Part shown: one piece after another, positions 1 through 9,646 of the stretch | How positions within the stretch are numbered: position 1 is the stretch's first letter | How the letters are laid out: each line of letters starts with the position of its first letter | Assembly (NCBI GenBank): GCA_000993595.1 | Contig: LBWJ01000008.1 | Coordinates: 10,514-74,513 of the forward strand | Reading direction: 5' to 3' | Source: Candidatus Peregrinibacteria bacterium GW2011_GWC2_39_14 | GTDB lineage: Bacteria > Patescibacteriota > Gracilibacteria > UBA1369 > UBA12463 | DNA length: 64,000 bases | Position numbers and translations under genes: made by a program | Notes under the pieces: model-generated | Database searches by the model: none | Told to the model about the DNA's origin: nothing | What the model saw: the letters and a program-made list of their open reading frames with translations, nothing else

Positions 1-117
1 CCTGCGCCTGCGGACTTTGCTCTTGTTTCAGTTTGTTACAAGGCTTGCGACGGAACTAATACTCAAAAACAAATCAAAATATATCGCAACTCATCCGGTT
101 TGCCGGAAAAATCATGA
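1..117 (+). CDS. 3' end of a probable pilin/pseudopilin gene (partial)
   Basis: Frame 1 is open from the window edge (PAPADFALVSVCYKACDG...IKIYRNSSGLPEKS*). Its TGA overlaps the ATG of the next prepilin (ATGA). Confidence 0.5.
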   Translation, partial: PAPADFALVSVCYKACDGTNTQKQIKIYRNSSGLPEKS

Positions 118-806
118 TAAATAAAAACGAAAAATTTGGCGGATTAAAAAAGAGGCGCGGCACAACGCTAATTGAAGTTATAGTTTCGCTTTTTGTAATC
201 GAAACCGTTATCGTCGGTTCGATTTTTATTGTTTCTGTTGCATTCAAAACCGTGATGACAATTCGAGATACTTTGATTGCGCAAAATCTATCACGCGAGG
301 GGGTGGAAGTTGTGCGAAAAGTTATTAATTCAAATTTGATTCGATATAGCGATGCGGCATGTTGGAATTTTGAGCCAACGGCGACAAATCCGCTAATGAA
401 TTGCAGAACGCAGGATTACCATTTGGGTGGTGGTACTCATCAAAATTATATTTTGAATTTTAGTGAGCCCGCTGCAGGCGCACCAAAAGATTTTAAAATT
501 GATTTGGTGCAATCCGGAGTATGCGCGTTGGATTTAAAAACACCGGCAACGTGTGATAGAAATGCCGATTATCAATTAAAACTCGGCGAAGTTAATAACG
601 GAAAATTTTATACATCAGATCCTGCGTACACTGCGACTACAAAATTTCACAGAATGATAAAGATTACGCCAACGTATGATCTGGCCGGACCAGATCTAAA
701 CAAAGCAATAAAAATAAAAGTGGATTCGATTGTTCAATGGGGCTTGGGCGATAGCGCAAAAGAAATAAGTATGTCCGAAACTTTTTATAATAACTATCAG
801 AGATGA
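114..806 (+). CDS. type IV minor pilin (PilV-like), prepilin N-terminal cleavage/methylation domain
   Basis: KKRRG|TTLIEVIVSLFV prepilin motif with Glu5 and a hydrophobic helix, followed by AQNLSREGVE. Confidence 0.85.
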   Translation: MINKNEKFGGLKKRRGTTLIEVIVSLFVIETVIVGSIFIVSVAFKTVMTIRDTLIAQNLSREGVEVVRKVINSNLIRYSDAACWNFEPTATNPLMNCRTQDYHLGGGTHQNYILNFSEPAAGAPKDFKIDLVQSGVCALDLKTPATCDRNADYQLKLGEVNNGKFYTSDPAYTATTKFHRMIKITPTYDLAGPDLNKAIKIKVDSIVQWGLGDSAKEISMSETFYNNYQR

Positions 807-1666
807 TGACTAATAAGCCAAAATTAGGCGCACAAAGAAAAGGGTTCACGCTCATCGAAATGATAATCGCGATTGGACTTGTTGGAATCGTGAGCGGTCT
901 GACGGCGCAAGCTTTGGCGGATATTATGCGCACAAATAAATATATTTCCATGAATCAGGCGGTGACAGAAGACGCGCAATTGGTTATGAATTTGCTGGCA
1001 ACAGAAGTGCAAAATAACGCAGTGGATTATGAGGGGTATTATGAAGGAAATTTGCATGGTTCGATTGGTCTGACATATGGTGAATATGCGGACATGTTTG
1101 AACGTGGAGTTATTAGTGGCACGACAGCGCTTGGAGATGGAGCTACTGCAGCATATTATGAAAATAAATTGGCATTGATTAGTCCGGATGGATTCACGAA
1201 AAAAGTATATGGGGCAGAGTTGAATACGGGAGAAAGTTCGGGCTGTGATACGGTTACGGGTTGTGAATATGTTTTATCAAATGTGCAGGTTGTCGGGTGT
1301 GATAATGAACCAAGAGATGGCATTCCGGACAGATTTAAGAGGGAAAACGAAGCGTGTGATAGCATGAATGTTTTAACTTATTCCGGTGGAGATTGGAGCG
1401 ACCCTTCATATCCGCATGGTGGTGATTTTTATCCGGTAAGCTCATCGCGCACAAACATCACGGATCTTCGCTTTTATATAACGCCATGGAATGATCCGTA
1501 TAAAGCTTATGCAATGGAGGAATATGTTTATCAGCCAAGCGTAACAATCGTGATGACAATCAAGCCATCAAAAATATATTTTGGAAGTGCGGCGGATAAT
1601 TTTTCCGGAGTGACGATCCAAACAACCGCGACTCCAAGACTTATGAATGAGGTAAAAAGTAATTAA
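803..1666 (+). CDS. type IV minor pilin (PilW-like)
   Basis: RKG|FTLIEMIIAIGLVGIV prepilin motif; coupled to the upstream pilin. Confidence 0.88.
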   Translation: MMTNKPKLGAQRKGFTLIEMIIAIGLVGIVSGLTAQALADIMRTNKYISMNQAVTEDAQLVMNLLATEVQNNAVDYEGYYEGNLHGSIGLTYGEYADMFERGVISGTTALGDGATAAYYENKLALISPDGFTKKVYGAELNTGESSGCDTVTGCEYVLSNVQVVGCDNEPRDGIPDRFKRENEACDSMNVLTYSGGDWSDPSYPHGGDFYPVSSSRTNITDLRFYITPWNDPYKAYAMEEYVYQPSVTIVMTIKPSKIYFGSAADNFSGVTIQTTATPRLMNEVKSN

Positions 1667-1667
1667 T

Positions 1668-3020
1668 ATGATTAGAAAAAATAAAAATAGACGTTCGCAC
1701 ATCGCACAGCCTCGCAAAGGAATCGCGGTTATCGTCGCACTTATTTTTATGATGGCAATGCTGACAATTTCCACGACCGTCGCAAACACTGCGACAAACA
1801 TGGCAACAAGCACAGGCGGTTCATATAAATCCACTCAAGCTTTTTATAACGCGGAAACTGCGATGGAGACTGCACTTTATAATTATAAGCATCCAAATGC
1901 GGGAGTTTTATCTGGTGCACCGAGCGCAGATCAAGAAGGGGCAGGCGAAATGCAATGGAAGGTGCTTGGAGTTGGGAGTGATGAAGGACTGACGAATGAG
2001 ATTACGGATAGTGAAAGTAAGGTTTGGAGCTCTTATCCATTCCCGGGTTCGGGTACAGCGGGAAAAGATTGCGATGCGTATGATGCACCAATCGATATGA
2101 AGAGTTTTACGGCATCGTTAATGAAATATATCTCTACGACGGAAAGCACAGCCATGGTGGCAGACATGGAAAAAACTATAAGTAATGGCGGTATGGGTGA
2201 ACCGCAAGATCATCCATGCAACTGGAATAAATTGAAAGACACGGATTCAGCGATTGAAATTCCTTTATATGGGGTTGATGGAGAAGGGAATAAGCAGCAA
2301 ATTGAGTTTAGCGCTTTTCAAGTAAGGGTTCGCACAGCATGTGACGCAAAAGCGATAAAGAGTTCGAATGGTGGAGATAGTCCGGGCGGCGGAGCAAATG
2401 GAGACCAAGGCAATGGCCCAACCGGGGACGAGTTGATATACGAAGGGGCGGGCATGTGTGAAGCAGAGAAGAGGTATGGGATGTATGTGAAAGACGGCGA
2501 GGCGAATACGATCGTTAACTGGGGGCTTTATACAGAGGATGACGGAAGTTATATGGTGCCGATAAAGGATATAACTGATAAAAATGCAACAAATAGTTCA
2601 AATATCACAGCTTGGAATATCAAGAACAAACAAGAGATTGGGTTTGCGGTGTTGGATGCTGAGGATGCGTTAAACCCTGCTATGGGTATGATAAATATAA
2701 AAACGCCAGAGACTAAAGGAAAGAAGAGAATTTCTGAAGCTTTGAAAAAAATCACAAACCCTTATCTCCGCCTCACCCTCGAATTTCCATTTGCAGGCAA
2801 GCATTACTTCGCGGGAGGTATTGATGGCAGTACAAGTATCCCAAATCTTGAATATCAGATTTTGTATAAAACAAACGGCGATCCTGCCGCGGGAACAAGC
2901 CAAATATCGGGCGTTCCCGTTATTATCGGCGAAGGCTATTCAGGAGGCTTCAGACACATGATTCGAGCCAACATTTATGAGACTCCAACCGGCTTTGACT
3001 ACATTTACCAAAAGCCTTGA
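1668..3020 (+). CDS. PilX-like minor pilin
   Basis: RKG|IAVIVALIFMMAML (no Glu5) followed by QAFYNAETAME, typical of a PilX N-terminus; third gene of the pilin operon. Confidence 0.75.
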   Translation: MIRKNKNRRSHIAQPRKGIAVIVALIFMMAMLTISTTVANTATNMATSTGGSYKSTQAFYNAETAMETALYNYKHPNAGVLSGAPSADQEGAGEMQWKVLGVGSDEGLTNEITDSESKVWSSYPFPGSGTAGKDCDAYDAPIDMKSFTASLMKYISTTESTAMVADMEKTISNGGMGEPQDHPCNWNKLKDTDSAIEIPLYGVDGEGNKQQIEFSAFQVRVRTACDAKAIKSSNGGDSPGGGANGDQGNGPTGDELIYEGAGMCEAEKRYGMYVKDGEANTIVNWGLYTEDDGSYMVPIKDITDKNATNSSNITAWNIKNKQEIGFAVLDAEDALNPAMGMINIKTPETKGKKRISEALKKITNPYLRLTLEFPFAGKHYFAGGIDGSTSIPNLEYQILYKTNGDPAAGTSQISGVPVIIGEGYSGGFRHMIRANIYETPTGFDYIYQKP

Positions 3021-3069
3021 CAAACAAGGTTAATATATAGTATTATAACCTCCTTTAATAAAATTAAAA

Positions 3070-5358
3070 ATGATTAATTTGCCAAGCTCAAGAAATAATA
3101 GATCTAGTTTAGCCGATGAGGCTAAAGAGTATTTAAAAGTTGGTGGTGCGCCAGCTGAAGAATTTGATAGAGTAAATTCATCAGGACCAAAAAGGGCAAT
3201 TGGAGTTCTTTTAACTCTTTTCACAGCAGGTGCGATATCGCGCGAGGTTTTATCAAAAGAATTAGATAGAATTGTAACAGCCGATGAAAGCGGAAATTTA
3301 AGAGCGATAACGGTTACAGACGGAGTTGTATCAGCTGGAGTTGCTGTGCCTGCGGGCGGACAATACGGAGCGGATGAAGTTGCTTTTACAAGTAATAGAT
3401 TAGGGGCAACATTAGGCGGCGAACAAGGGGCTATATCATTTCGTGACCCTAAAGGTTTAAGTGGAATTGGAACAACAGATGCAATATCTTATCCAAATTA
3501 TCTCGCTTCATCAGAGTCTCAAGATGTGTTCGCTGTAGCCAATCAGCCTGCGAATGAGGGGCAGATTATCGTCACATTCAAAGATGGATCAAGTCAGACC
3601 TTAACCCCAAATCCGAAAGCGGAAACTGGGTTGCAACCGACTGTTCAGTCTTTGAGCTTCGCTTCGAATGGAGATCTATACGCAGGGACACAAGCAGATA
3701 ATCAAAATCAGTTTCAACGTTTTTCTTTAAATGGCACAAACCAATATGCAGAGTCTGGGAAGATCCCGTTGCCATCTGATCGCGCTGATAGTATAACGGT
3801 CCATAATGGAAAAGTTATCGTTGTTACATACTCTGAAGTAAGAATATATGATGAAAATAATCTTCAAGCAGAGCCACAAACAGTTGATATGAGTGACAGT
3901 GCGCAATCTATATTAGGAATTAGACCTGGTACTAGTGAATTCTGGTTCATGACTGGAGCAGGTGATAATATTTCTTCCATCGACATCAGTAACCCATCCG
4001 CCGGCGTCAAAATCGCAGTTCCGGAAGAAACGCTTCACGCATTAGTTCCAAATTGCGGAATAATGATTGGTGGCTTTTCAAAGGTCAATCCAAACGTTCT
4101 CGATCTTTTCCAGCAATCCGTTTCAGCGGGGAAAGTAAAAATGGCTCATCTTATTTTTGATACAAATAATAACGTTACAAGCTCAGTTATTACAGGAATT
4201 AGCTATGATGGAGTTATGTCGGTAGCAAGCGCACCAGACACAGATGGCGATCAAATCAACGATTTCGATGACGACTGCCCAGCCGTTTCAAATAATGACC
4301 AGATCGATACAGACGGCAATGGCATTGGAGACGCTTGTGAAGCTGTTATTGACCAAGACGGTGATGGCGTAATTGATTCTGTCGACAACTGTTCAACTGT
4401 CCCAAATCCTGCTCAGATCGATACAACCGGCACAGGCGTTGGCGACGCATGCCAAAATTCAGCTGACGTTTCTGCTTCAACTCAAGAGCTATACGGCACT
4501 TCAGCCGAAGTTCAGACAACTCCGGGGCATACGGTTTTCGGTGACGCGGATGTGATAACTCAAGGCAATGAAACAACTGTTTCCATTCCTCAAGATTCCG
4601 ACGTTGTTATCACAAACACAGGATCTACTTCTGAAAATATGACAGTCGTTATTCCTGCAGGAACAGATTTCACAATTGAAATGGGCGAAGGTTCTGCGGA
4701 TAATGCGGACACAGCGGGTGTTGATTTCCCACAATCAGACGAGCCATATCAAGGACAGACAGGCGACGAAGGCGTTGCGCTTGCAATTTCCGGAACATGG
4801 ATGAGAATTCATACACAAAAAACAATTGTACAAGTTGAAGAAACACAGCCTGAACAAGTTGAAGGTCCAGCTGAAGCCGTTGAAGTCGTTGAAGCCGTTG
4901 ATCCTGACGTTGTTGAAGAAGTGGCCGGAGAAGTTGTTGAAGGCGTTGATGCAGCAGAAGGTGTAGATACGACCGAACCAAAACCTGAACAAAATCCCGA
5001 ATCTCCAGCAGAAGTTATGGAGGTTGTTGAAGAGGCTGTCGAAGAAGCAGTTCAAGAAGTCGCAGCAGAAACTGCAGGCGATGAAGGAAACGCAGGCGAT
5101 GACGTTTCAAGCGGCGACGAAGGATTAGCAGGTGACGAAGCAGAAGGCGACACATTCACAGTTGAACCAGCCGAAAAAGGCGGTGGCGGTGGTTGTGCGG
5201 TCAATACGCGCATCCACGCAGGCGACCTATCGAGCGCGGCTTTGATGCTTGCCATGGCCGGAGTTATTGCGGCAAAAAGATTCGGCGGACCAACGTATTG
5301 GGCGCATATGGCCAGAGTTGCAGTCCGAAGAGTGCTTGATGGCAAATTAAATCGCTAA
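3070..5358 (+). CDS. large exported protein: beta-rich N-terminal half, thrombospondin type-3 repeats, acidic E/V/P linker, GGGGGC + TM C-terminal sorting-like tail
   Basis: Repeats DTDGDQINDFDDDCP, DTDGNGIGDAC and DQDGDGVIDSVDNC; C-terminal GGGGGCAV...AALMLAMAGVIAAKR. Confidence 0.75.
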   Translation: MINLPSSRNNRSSLADEAKEYLKVGGAPAEEFDRVNSSGPKRAIGVLLTLFTAGAISREVLSKELDRIVTADESGNLRAITVTDGVVSAGVAVPAGGQYGADEVAFTSNRLGATLGGEQGAISFRDPKGLSGIGTTDAISYPNYLASSESQDVFAVANQPANEGQIIVTFKDGSSQTLTPNPKAETGLQPTVQSLSFASNGDLYAGTQADNQNQFQRFSLNGTNQYAESGKIPLPSDRADSITVHNGKVIVVTYSEVRIYDENNLQAEPQTVDMSDSAQSILGIRPGTSEFWFMTGAGDNISSIDISNPSAGVKIAVPEETLHALVPNCGIMIGGFSKVNPNVLDLFQQSVSAGKVKMAHLIFDTNNNVTSSVITGISYDGVMSVASAPDTDGDQINDFDDDCPAVSNNDQIDTDGNGIGDACEAVIDQDGDGVIDSVDNCSTVPNPAQIDTTGTGVGDACQNSADVSASTQELYGTSAEVQTTPGHTVFGDADVITQGNETTVSIPQDSDVVITNTGSTSENMTVVIPAGTDFTIEMGEGSADNADTAGVDFPQSDEPYQGQTGDEGVALAISGTWMRIHTQKTIVQVEETQPEQVEGPAEAVEVVEAVDPDVVEEVAGEVVEGVDAAEGVDTTEPKPEQNPESPAEVMEVVEEAVEEAVQEVAAETAGDEGNAGDDVSSGDEGLAGDEAEGDTFTVEPAEKGGGGGCAVNTRIHAGDLSSAALMLAMAGVIAAKRFGGPTYWAHMARVAVRRVLDGKLNR

Positions 5359-5532
5359 ATTCTGATATTGCGAATCGATTTAAGCTTGCCGCGCGGCAAA
5401 AATCTATATCGAAACACAGCTATATGTTTGCGCAAATTTTTCTGAGCTTGTCACGTGACGGAATTCTATATCGTACGATAAATTAGAAATTTCGTAATAT
5501 TTTTTGTTCCTAGAAATAATGCACTTCCATTC

Positions 5533-5561
5533 TTGCATTTTCCGCATTTGTATGCTATAAT
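5533..5561 (+). promoter_or_regulatory. sigma70-type promoter of the cyclase gene
   Basis: TTGCAT-17 nt-TATAAT with extended -10 TG. Confidence 0.55.
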
Positions 5562-5646
5562 TTCATGATATTGTAATAAAAAAACGTGCGATTGGGCGCG
5601 GCTAAAAGTTACGATAAGAAGCGCCCTGTTTCGCGCAATAATTATT

Positions 5647-7773
5647 ATGCAAAAAATAAAAACAAAAATTTTGGCGCTTGCCGGCATGCTTGTTTTGGTT
5701 TCCGTGCTCGTTTTTGCGGGGATTTTTTCCGGCGCACTTAAATCTTGGAACCTTAAACTCCAAAACGTTTTATATCAAAAAACCGCAGATTTAAGCCAAA
5801 ATATTGTTATCATTGAAATCGATAATAAAAGTCTTGATGACACATCCGGTCTCGGTCGTTTTCAAAATTGGCGCAGAACTTTTTATGCAAAAGTGCTTAA
5901 TGAAATCGAAAAAGGCGCTCCAAAAGCTGTCGCATTCGATATCTTGTTTTCCACACGTACTCGCGGAATTCCGGAAGATGCGATGAAAGCGAAATTTAAC
6001 GAAATCAAAAGTCTCACTCCCGAAAACGCAAAAGATTTTGTGGATTTTTTAAGCTCATTTATATTTAAAGATAACCATCCGGATGACATCGCATTTGCGG
6101 AGGAACTTGGAAAATATGACAATGTTTTTATCGCGCAAAATGCAGTTATTCAAACTGAAAAACCGCAAAGCTATTTAACGGCAACATCGATAATTAATCC
6201 GATTGAAATAATTCGTAGTAGTGCGCAAAACGGCAACATAAGCGTTCTTCCCGATGCGGATAATGTCGTCAGAAGAATTCCGTTGGCAGTGATATATAAA
6301 GAAGATCCAAATCTTAATTTGCCGCTTGCTATAGCGCAATTTGCATATCCAAATATCGCGTATCCGGCAGGCTCAACGCCGTCCGATAACGGCATGCTTA
6401 TTAATTATAAAGGCGCGGCCGGAATTTCTCGTTTCAAAAAATTCTCTTTCACTGATGTCTATAACGGAAAAATCGATCCTTCCGAATTCAAAGATAAAAT
6501 AGTTTTGATTGGCGCAACGGCAAAGTCACTTCAGGATTTGCAATATACTCCAATTTCAACTTCCACCCCGATGCCCGGTGTGGAAATTCAGGCGCAAGCA
6601 ATCGAAACGATTTTGAACAAAGATTATTTGCTTCCGCAAAGCCGTACGACGACGCTCGCGATTTGCTTTATTTTGGCCGCAATCACAATTTTATTCGCGA
6701 CGAATTTTCACTTCATCGCAGGAATTTTAATAATAGTTATTCTTTCAGGTCTGCACTTTTTATACGCAAAATACATGTTCGATAAAACAAATAATTCCGC
6801 CGAAATTGCAGACATGGTTTATCCATATTTATCAATTTTGCTAGCATATATTTCAAGTTTGATTTATCGATATTTTGCCGAGTATAAAGCAAAATCAGTA
6901 ATCAAAAACGCATTCGGTCATTACGTTAACGAGTCGGTTGTGAATGAAATAATCAAGCATCCGGAAATGTTAAAACTTGGCGGAGAGAAAAAAGAAATAA
7001 GTGTCTTTTTCACTGACATAGAAGGCTTCACTTCATATTCGGAACTTCTTCCGCCGGAAATGGTTACAAATATTTTGAATAAATATTTTTCCGCGATGTC
7101 CAAAGTGATTTTGGCGCATGGAGGCACTCTTGATAAATTTGAAGGTGACGCGATTATGGCTTTCTTTAACGCTCCAATCGATCAGACGAATCACGCGGAA
7201 CTTGCATGTCAAACGATTCTGGAAATGCGACGCGCCCTTGAAGAACTTAATAACAGCTTAAAAATCGGCAATTTTCAGATGATAAATTTCCGTACAGGAA
7301 TTTCAACAGGACAAGCGGTCGTCGGCAACCTTGGCTCGGAAAACCGCTTTGATTACACGATTATTGGCGATACGGTTAACACAGCAAGTCGTCTTGAATC
7401 CGCAAATAAACAATTTGGCACAAATATTATCGTCTCCGAATCAACGTACGAGCAGACAAAAGATAAATTTATTTTCCGTGAAATCGATTTAATCCGTGTT
7501 GTCGGAAAACTCAAACCAATTCACGTTTATGAGCTTATGTCAGAGAAAAACAATTTTTCAGAAATCGGCGCAAATTTGAAATCCGAATTCGAAAAAGCAC
7601 TCGCTTTATATCGCGAATGCAGATTTGAAGAAGCAAAAACCGCTTTTGAAGAAGCCTTAAAAATCTATTCCGAAGACGGCCCATCCAAAACTTACATTTC
7701 TCGTTGCGAAGCCTTTATCAAAAACCATCCACCATGGAACTGGGATGGCGTTTGGCAGATGACGAGCAAATAA
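5647..7773 (+). CDS. CHASE2-domain class III adenylate/guanylate cyclase with C-terminal TPR-like region
   Basis: CHASE2 motifs (IVIIEID, FDILF, VLIGATA, PGVEIQA), TM segments, and cyclase motifs FTDIEGFT, DKFEGDA and DYTIIGDTVNTASRLE. The K/D specificity residues suggest adenylate cyclase. Confidence 0.92.
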   Translation: MQKIKTKILALAGMLVLVSVLVFAGIFSGALKSWNLKLQNVLYQKTADLSQNIVIIEIDNKSLDDTSGLGRFQNWRRTFYAKVLNEIEKGAPKAVAFDILFSTRTRGIPEDAMKAKFNEIKSLTPENAKDFVDFLSSFIFKDNHPDDIAFAEELGKYDNVFIAQNAVIQTEKPQSYLTATSIINPIEIIRSSAQNGNISVLPDADNVVRRIPLAVIYKEDPNLNLPLAIAQFAYPNIAYPAGSTPSDNGMLINYKGAAGISRFKKFSFTDVYNGKIDPSEFKDKIVLIGATAKSLQDLQYTPISTSTPMPGVEIQAQAIETILNKDYLLPQSRTTTLAICFILAAITILFATNFHFIAGILIIVILSGLHFLYAKYMFDKTNNSAEIADMVYPYLSILLAYISSLIYRYFAEYKAKSVIKNAFGHYVNESVVNEIIKHPEMLKLGGEKKEISVFFTDIEGFTSYSELLPPEMVTNILNKYFSAMSKVILAHGGTLDKFEGDAIMAFFNAPIDQTNHAELACQTILEMRRALEELNNSLKIGNFQMINFRTGISTGQAVVGNLGSENRFDYTIIGDTVNTASRLESANKQFGTNIIVSESTYEQTKDKFIFREIDLIRVVGKLKPIHVYELMSEKNNFSEIGANLKSEFEKALALYRECRFEEAKTAFEEALKIYSEDGPSKTYISRCEAFIKNHPPWNWDGVWQMTSK

Positions 7774-7808
7774 ATCAGTGTTAATATGAGCATGATACAT
7801 AAATATTC

Positions 7809-8585
7809 ATGGCAACAAATTCTTCAAAATTAAACGCTAAGTTCTACAATAATTTCGCTTCTATTCACGATATCATGCTTCCAATTGAAGAACGCTTGTC
7901 TGGCAAATCTTTTTTCGAATATATTTTAAAAAAAGATTTTAAGAAAAATGAAATTTTAGATTGTGCATGTGGTACGGGAATTCATGTAATTCTTTTATCA
8001 AAGCTTGGATATAAAGTCGATGGAATGGATTTGTCTTCAGGAATGATTAAACAGGCCAAAATAAATTTAAAAAAATTTAATATAAAAGCCAATTTAAAAG
8101 TAGGCGATTTTAGAAAAATAAAATCAGTATATGGCGAAAAGAAATATGACTTTGTGGCTTGCCTTGGCAATTCTTTGGCGTATATGCAAACTGAAAAAGA
8201 TTTGAAGAAAGCTCTTGGGGAAATGTTTAATGTGTTAAAGCCAAATGGAATGGTTATTATAAGTCAAAGAAATTATGACAAATTATTAAAAGATAAGAAG
8301 AGATATAATGTGATACAGCAAGGCAAATTCACGTTTTTATATATTTACAATTACTTAAAAAATAAGGTGATTTTTAATATTATCGCTGGAGCTACGAATA
8401 ATAATCGCACTACGTTTCAAACTTTTAAAACCACTTATAATCCAATTTTGCAGAAAGATTTGAAAAAGCATATGCAAGAAATGGGATGTAGAAATATAAA
8501 ATTCTATAATCAAGGAAATGAAAAAGAATATTTTAAGTTTAATAAAGAAAGTGACGAGTTTTTTACTATAACGGGGACGAAATAG
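7809..8585 (+). CDS. class I SAM-dependent methyltransferase (glycine/sarcosine N-methyltransferase-like)
   Basis: ILDCACGTG motif I, GMDLS, CLGNSL, LKPNG; AT-rich; 3' end overlaps the convergent radical SAM gene. Confidence 0.85.
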   Translation: MATNSSKLNAKFYNNFASIHDIMLPIEERLSGKSFFEYILKKDFKKNEILDCACGTGIHVILLSKLGYKVDGMDLSSGMIKQAKINLKKFNIKANLKVGDFRKIKSVYGEKKYDFVACLGNSLAYMQTEKDLKKALGEMFNVLKPNGMVIISQRNYDKLLKDKKRYNVIQQGKFTFLYIYNYLKNKVIFNIIAGATNNNRTTFQTFKTTYNPILQKDLKKHMQEMGCRNIKFYNQGNEKEYFKFNKESDEFFTITGTK

Positions 8586-9639
8586 CGGATTTGTCGATAT
8601 AGTCGCCAGGATTAAAGTACCTCCAAAATAAAGGGCATCCTCCTATACACTTCATTCTCATTTCGCAGGCATCGCAATCTTCGGATGGATATTTCCAGTT
8701 TTCAGGACCAATAGTACCTCTTACTCGTAATAAAATATCTCTAACTTGTTCTCGTGGTTTAATTTTTTGCTGATCGTCAAGAATGGCTTCAATAGGGCTG
8801 TTAACCTGATGAGTGCAGGCCAATATATTACCGGTTGGGTCAAAAGCTATTCCAGACCCATCGTAAATATTACATTCGCTCATCGCGCCACCGGAAAGAG
8901 GTATCAAATACGATTCGTCTATCATACTTGTTAGCAGATCTCTATCAAACAAGCAAAGCGGAACCGTTGCATAAAAATGAGCCTGTATTCCTTCAGATTT
9001 AAGGACTTTATAAGAACCTTGAATGATTCTTGCTAATTCGGCAGGAGACAAAATCTTGTCATTGACGACGTCGCCCTCTATCGGAGACGCTAAATTATAG
9101 ACAATGGATTTGACTCCAAGGTTGTGAAGGAACCTTGCCATGTCGCAGACCCTGTCTTTATTTGAAGCATTGACGGTTGTCAGTGTTACAAAAGGAACGT
9201 TCAACTTAATGCAATTTTTTATACCGGCTAAGGTTTCATCAAAACTTCTTTCGACGCCAGTATTACCAGCGTGTTCTTCTTTGGAGCTTCCATGTACGGA
9301 TATTGCGGTAAAGGACATGCCTGCATCAATCATTCTTTGTAAAAAATCTTCATTTGCATATTTTCGTCCATTTGTAACAACCTTCATTTTTAGTCCATGT
9401 TGTGAACCATATTCAATAACATCAACTATATTGGGATGTAAAGTTGGCTCTCCGCCTATTAAAGTGCATTTTTTTGCTCCAAGTTCGGTCATTGAATCGA
9501 TAATGCCTTTTTGATTTTCAAGAGACAGTTTCTCAGATGGGAACCCTTGCGCTTCTGTGTAGCAAAAATTACAACGATTATTACATGAGTAGTTTGATAC
9601 TATCCAAAATCCTGCGAATTGTTGTTCCGATGTAGTCAT
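8566..9639 (-). CDS. radical SAM / SPASM-domain protein
   Basis: CNNRCNFC (CxxxCxxC), GGEP, VTNG; C-terminal C..C and CDAC..CIGGC SPASM cysteines. Confidence 0.92.
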   Translation of the reverse strand: MTTSEQQFAGFWIVSNYSCNNRCNFCYTEAQGFPSEKLSLENQKGIIDSMTELGAKKCTLIGGEPTLHPNIVDVIEYGSQHGLKMKVVTNGRKYANEDFLQRMIDAGMSFTAISVHGSSKEEHAGNTGVERSFDETLAGIKNCIKLNVPFVTLTTVNASNKDRVCDMARFLHNLGVKSIVYNLASPIEGDVVNDKILSPAELARIIQGSYKVLKSEGIQAHFYATVPLCLFDRDLLTSMIDESYLIPLSGGAMSECNIYDGSGIAFDPTGNILACTHQVNSPIEAILDDQQKIKPREQVRDILLRVRGTIGPENWKYPSEDCDACEMRMKCIGGCPLFWRYFNPGDYIDKSAISSPL

Positions 9640-9646
9640 CTAAATA

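Noticed and set aside
5385-5450. GGCAAA...GAAA...CGCAAA pattern reminiscent of a c-di-GMP-I riboswitch upstream of the cyclase
   Set aside because: The required stems do not pair convincingly, and it lies upstream of the predicted promoter.
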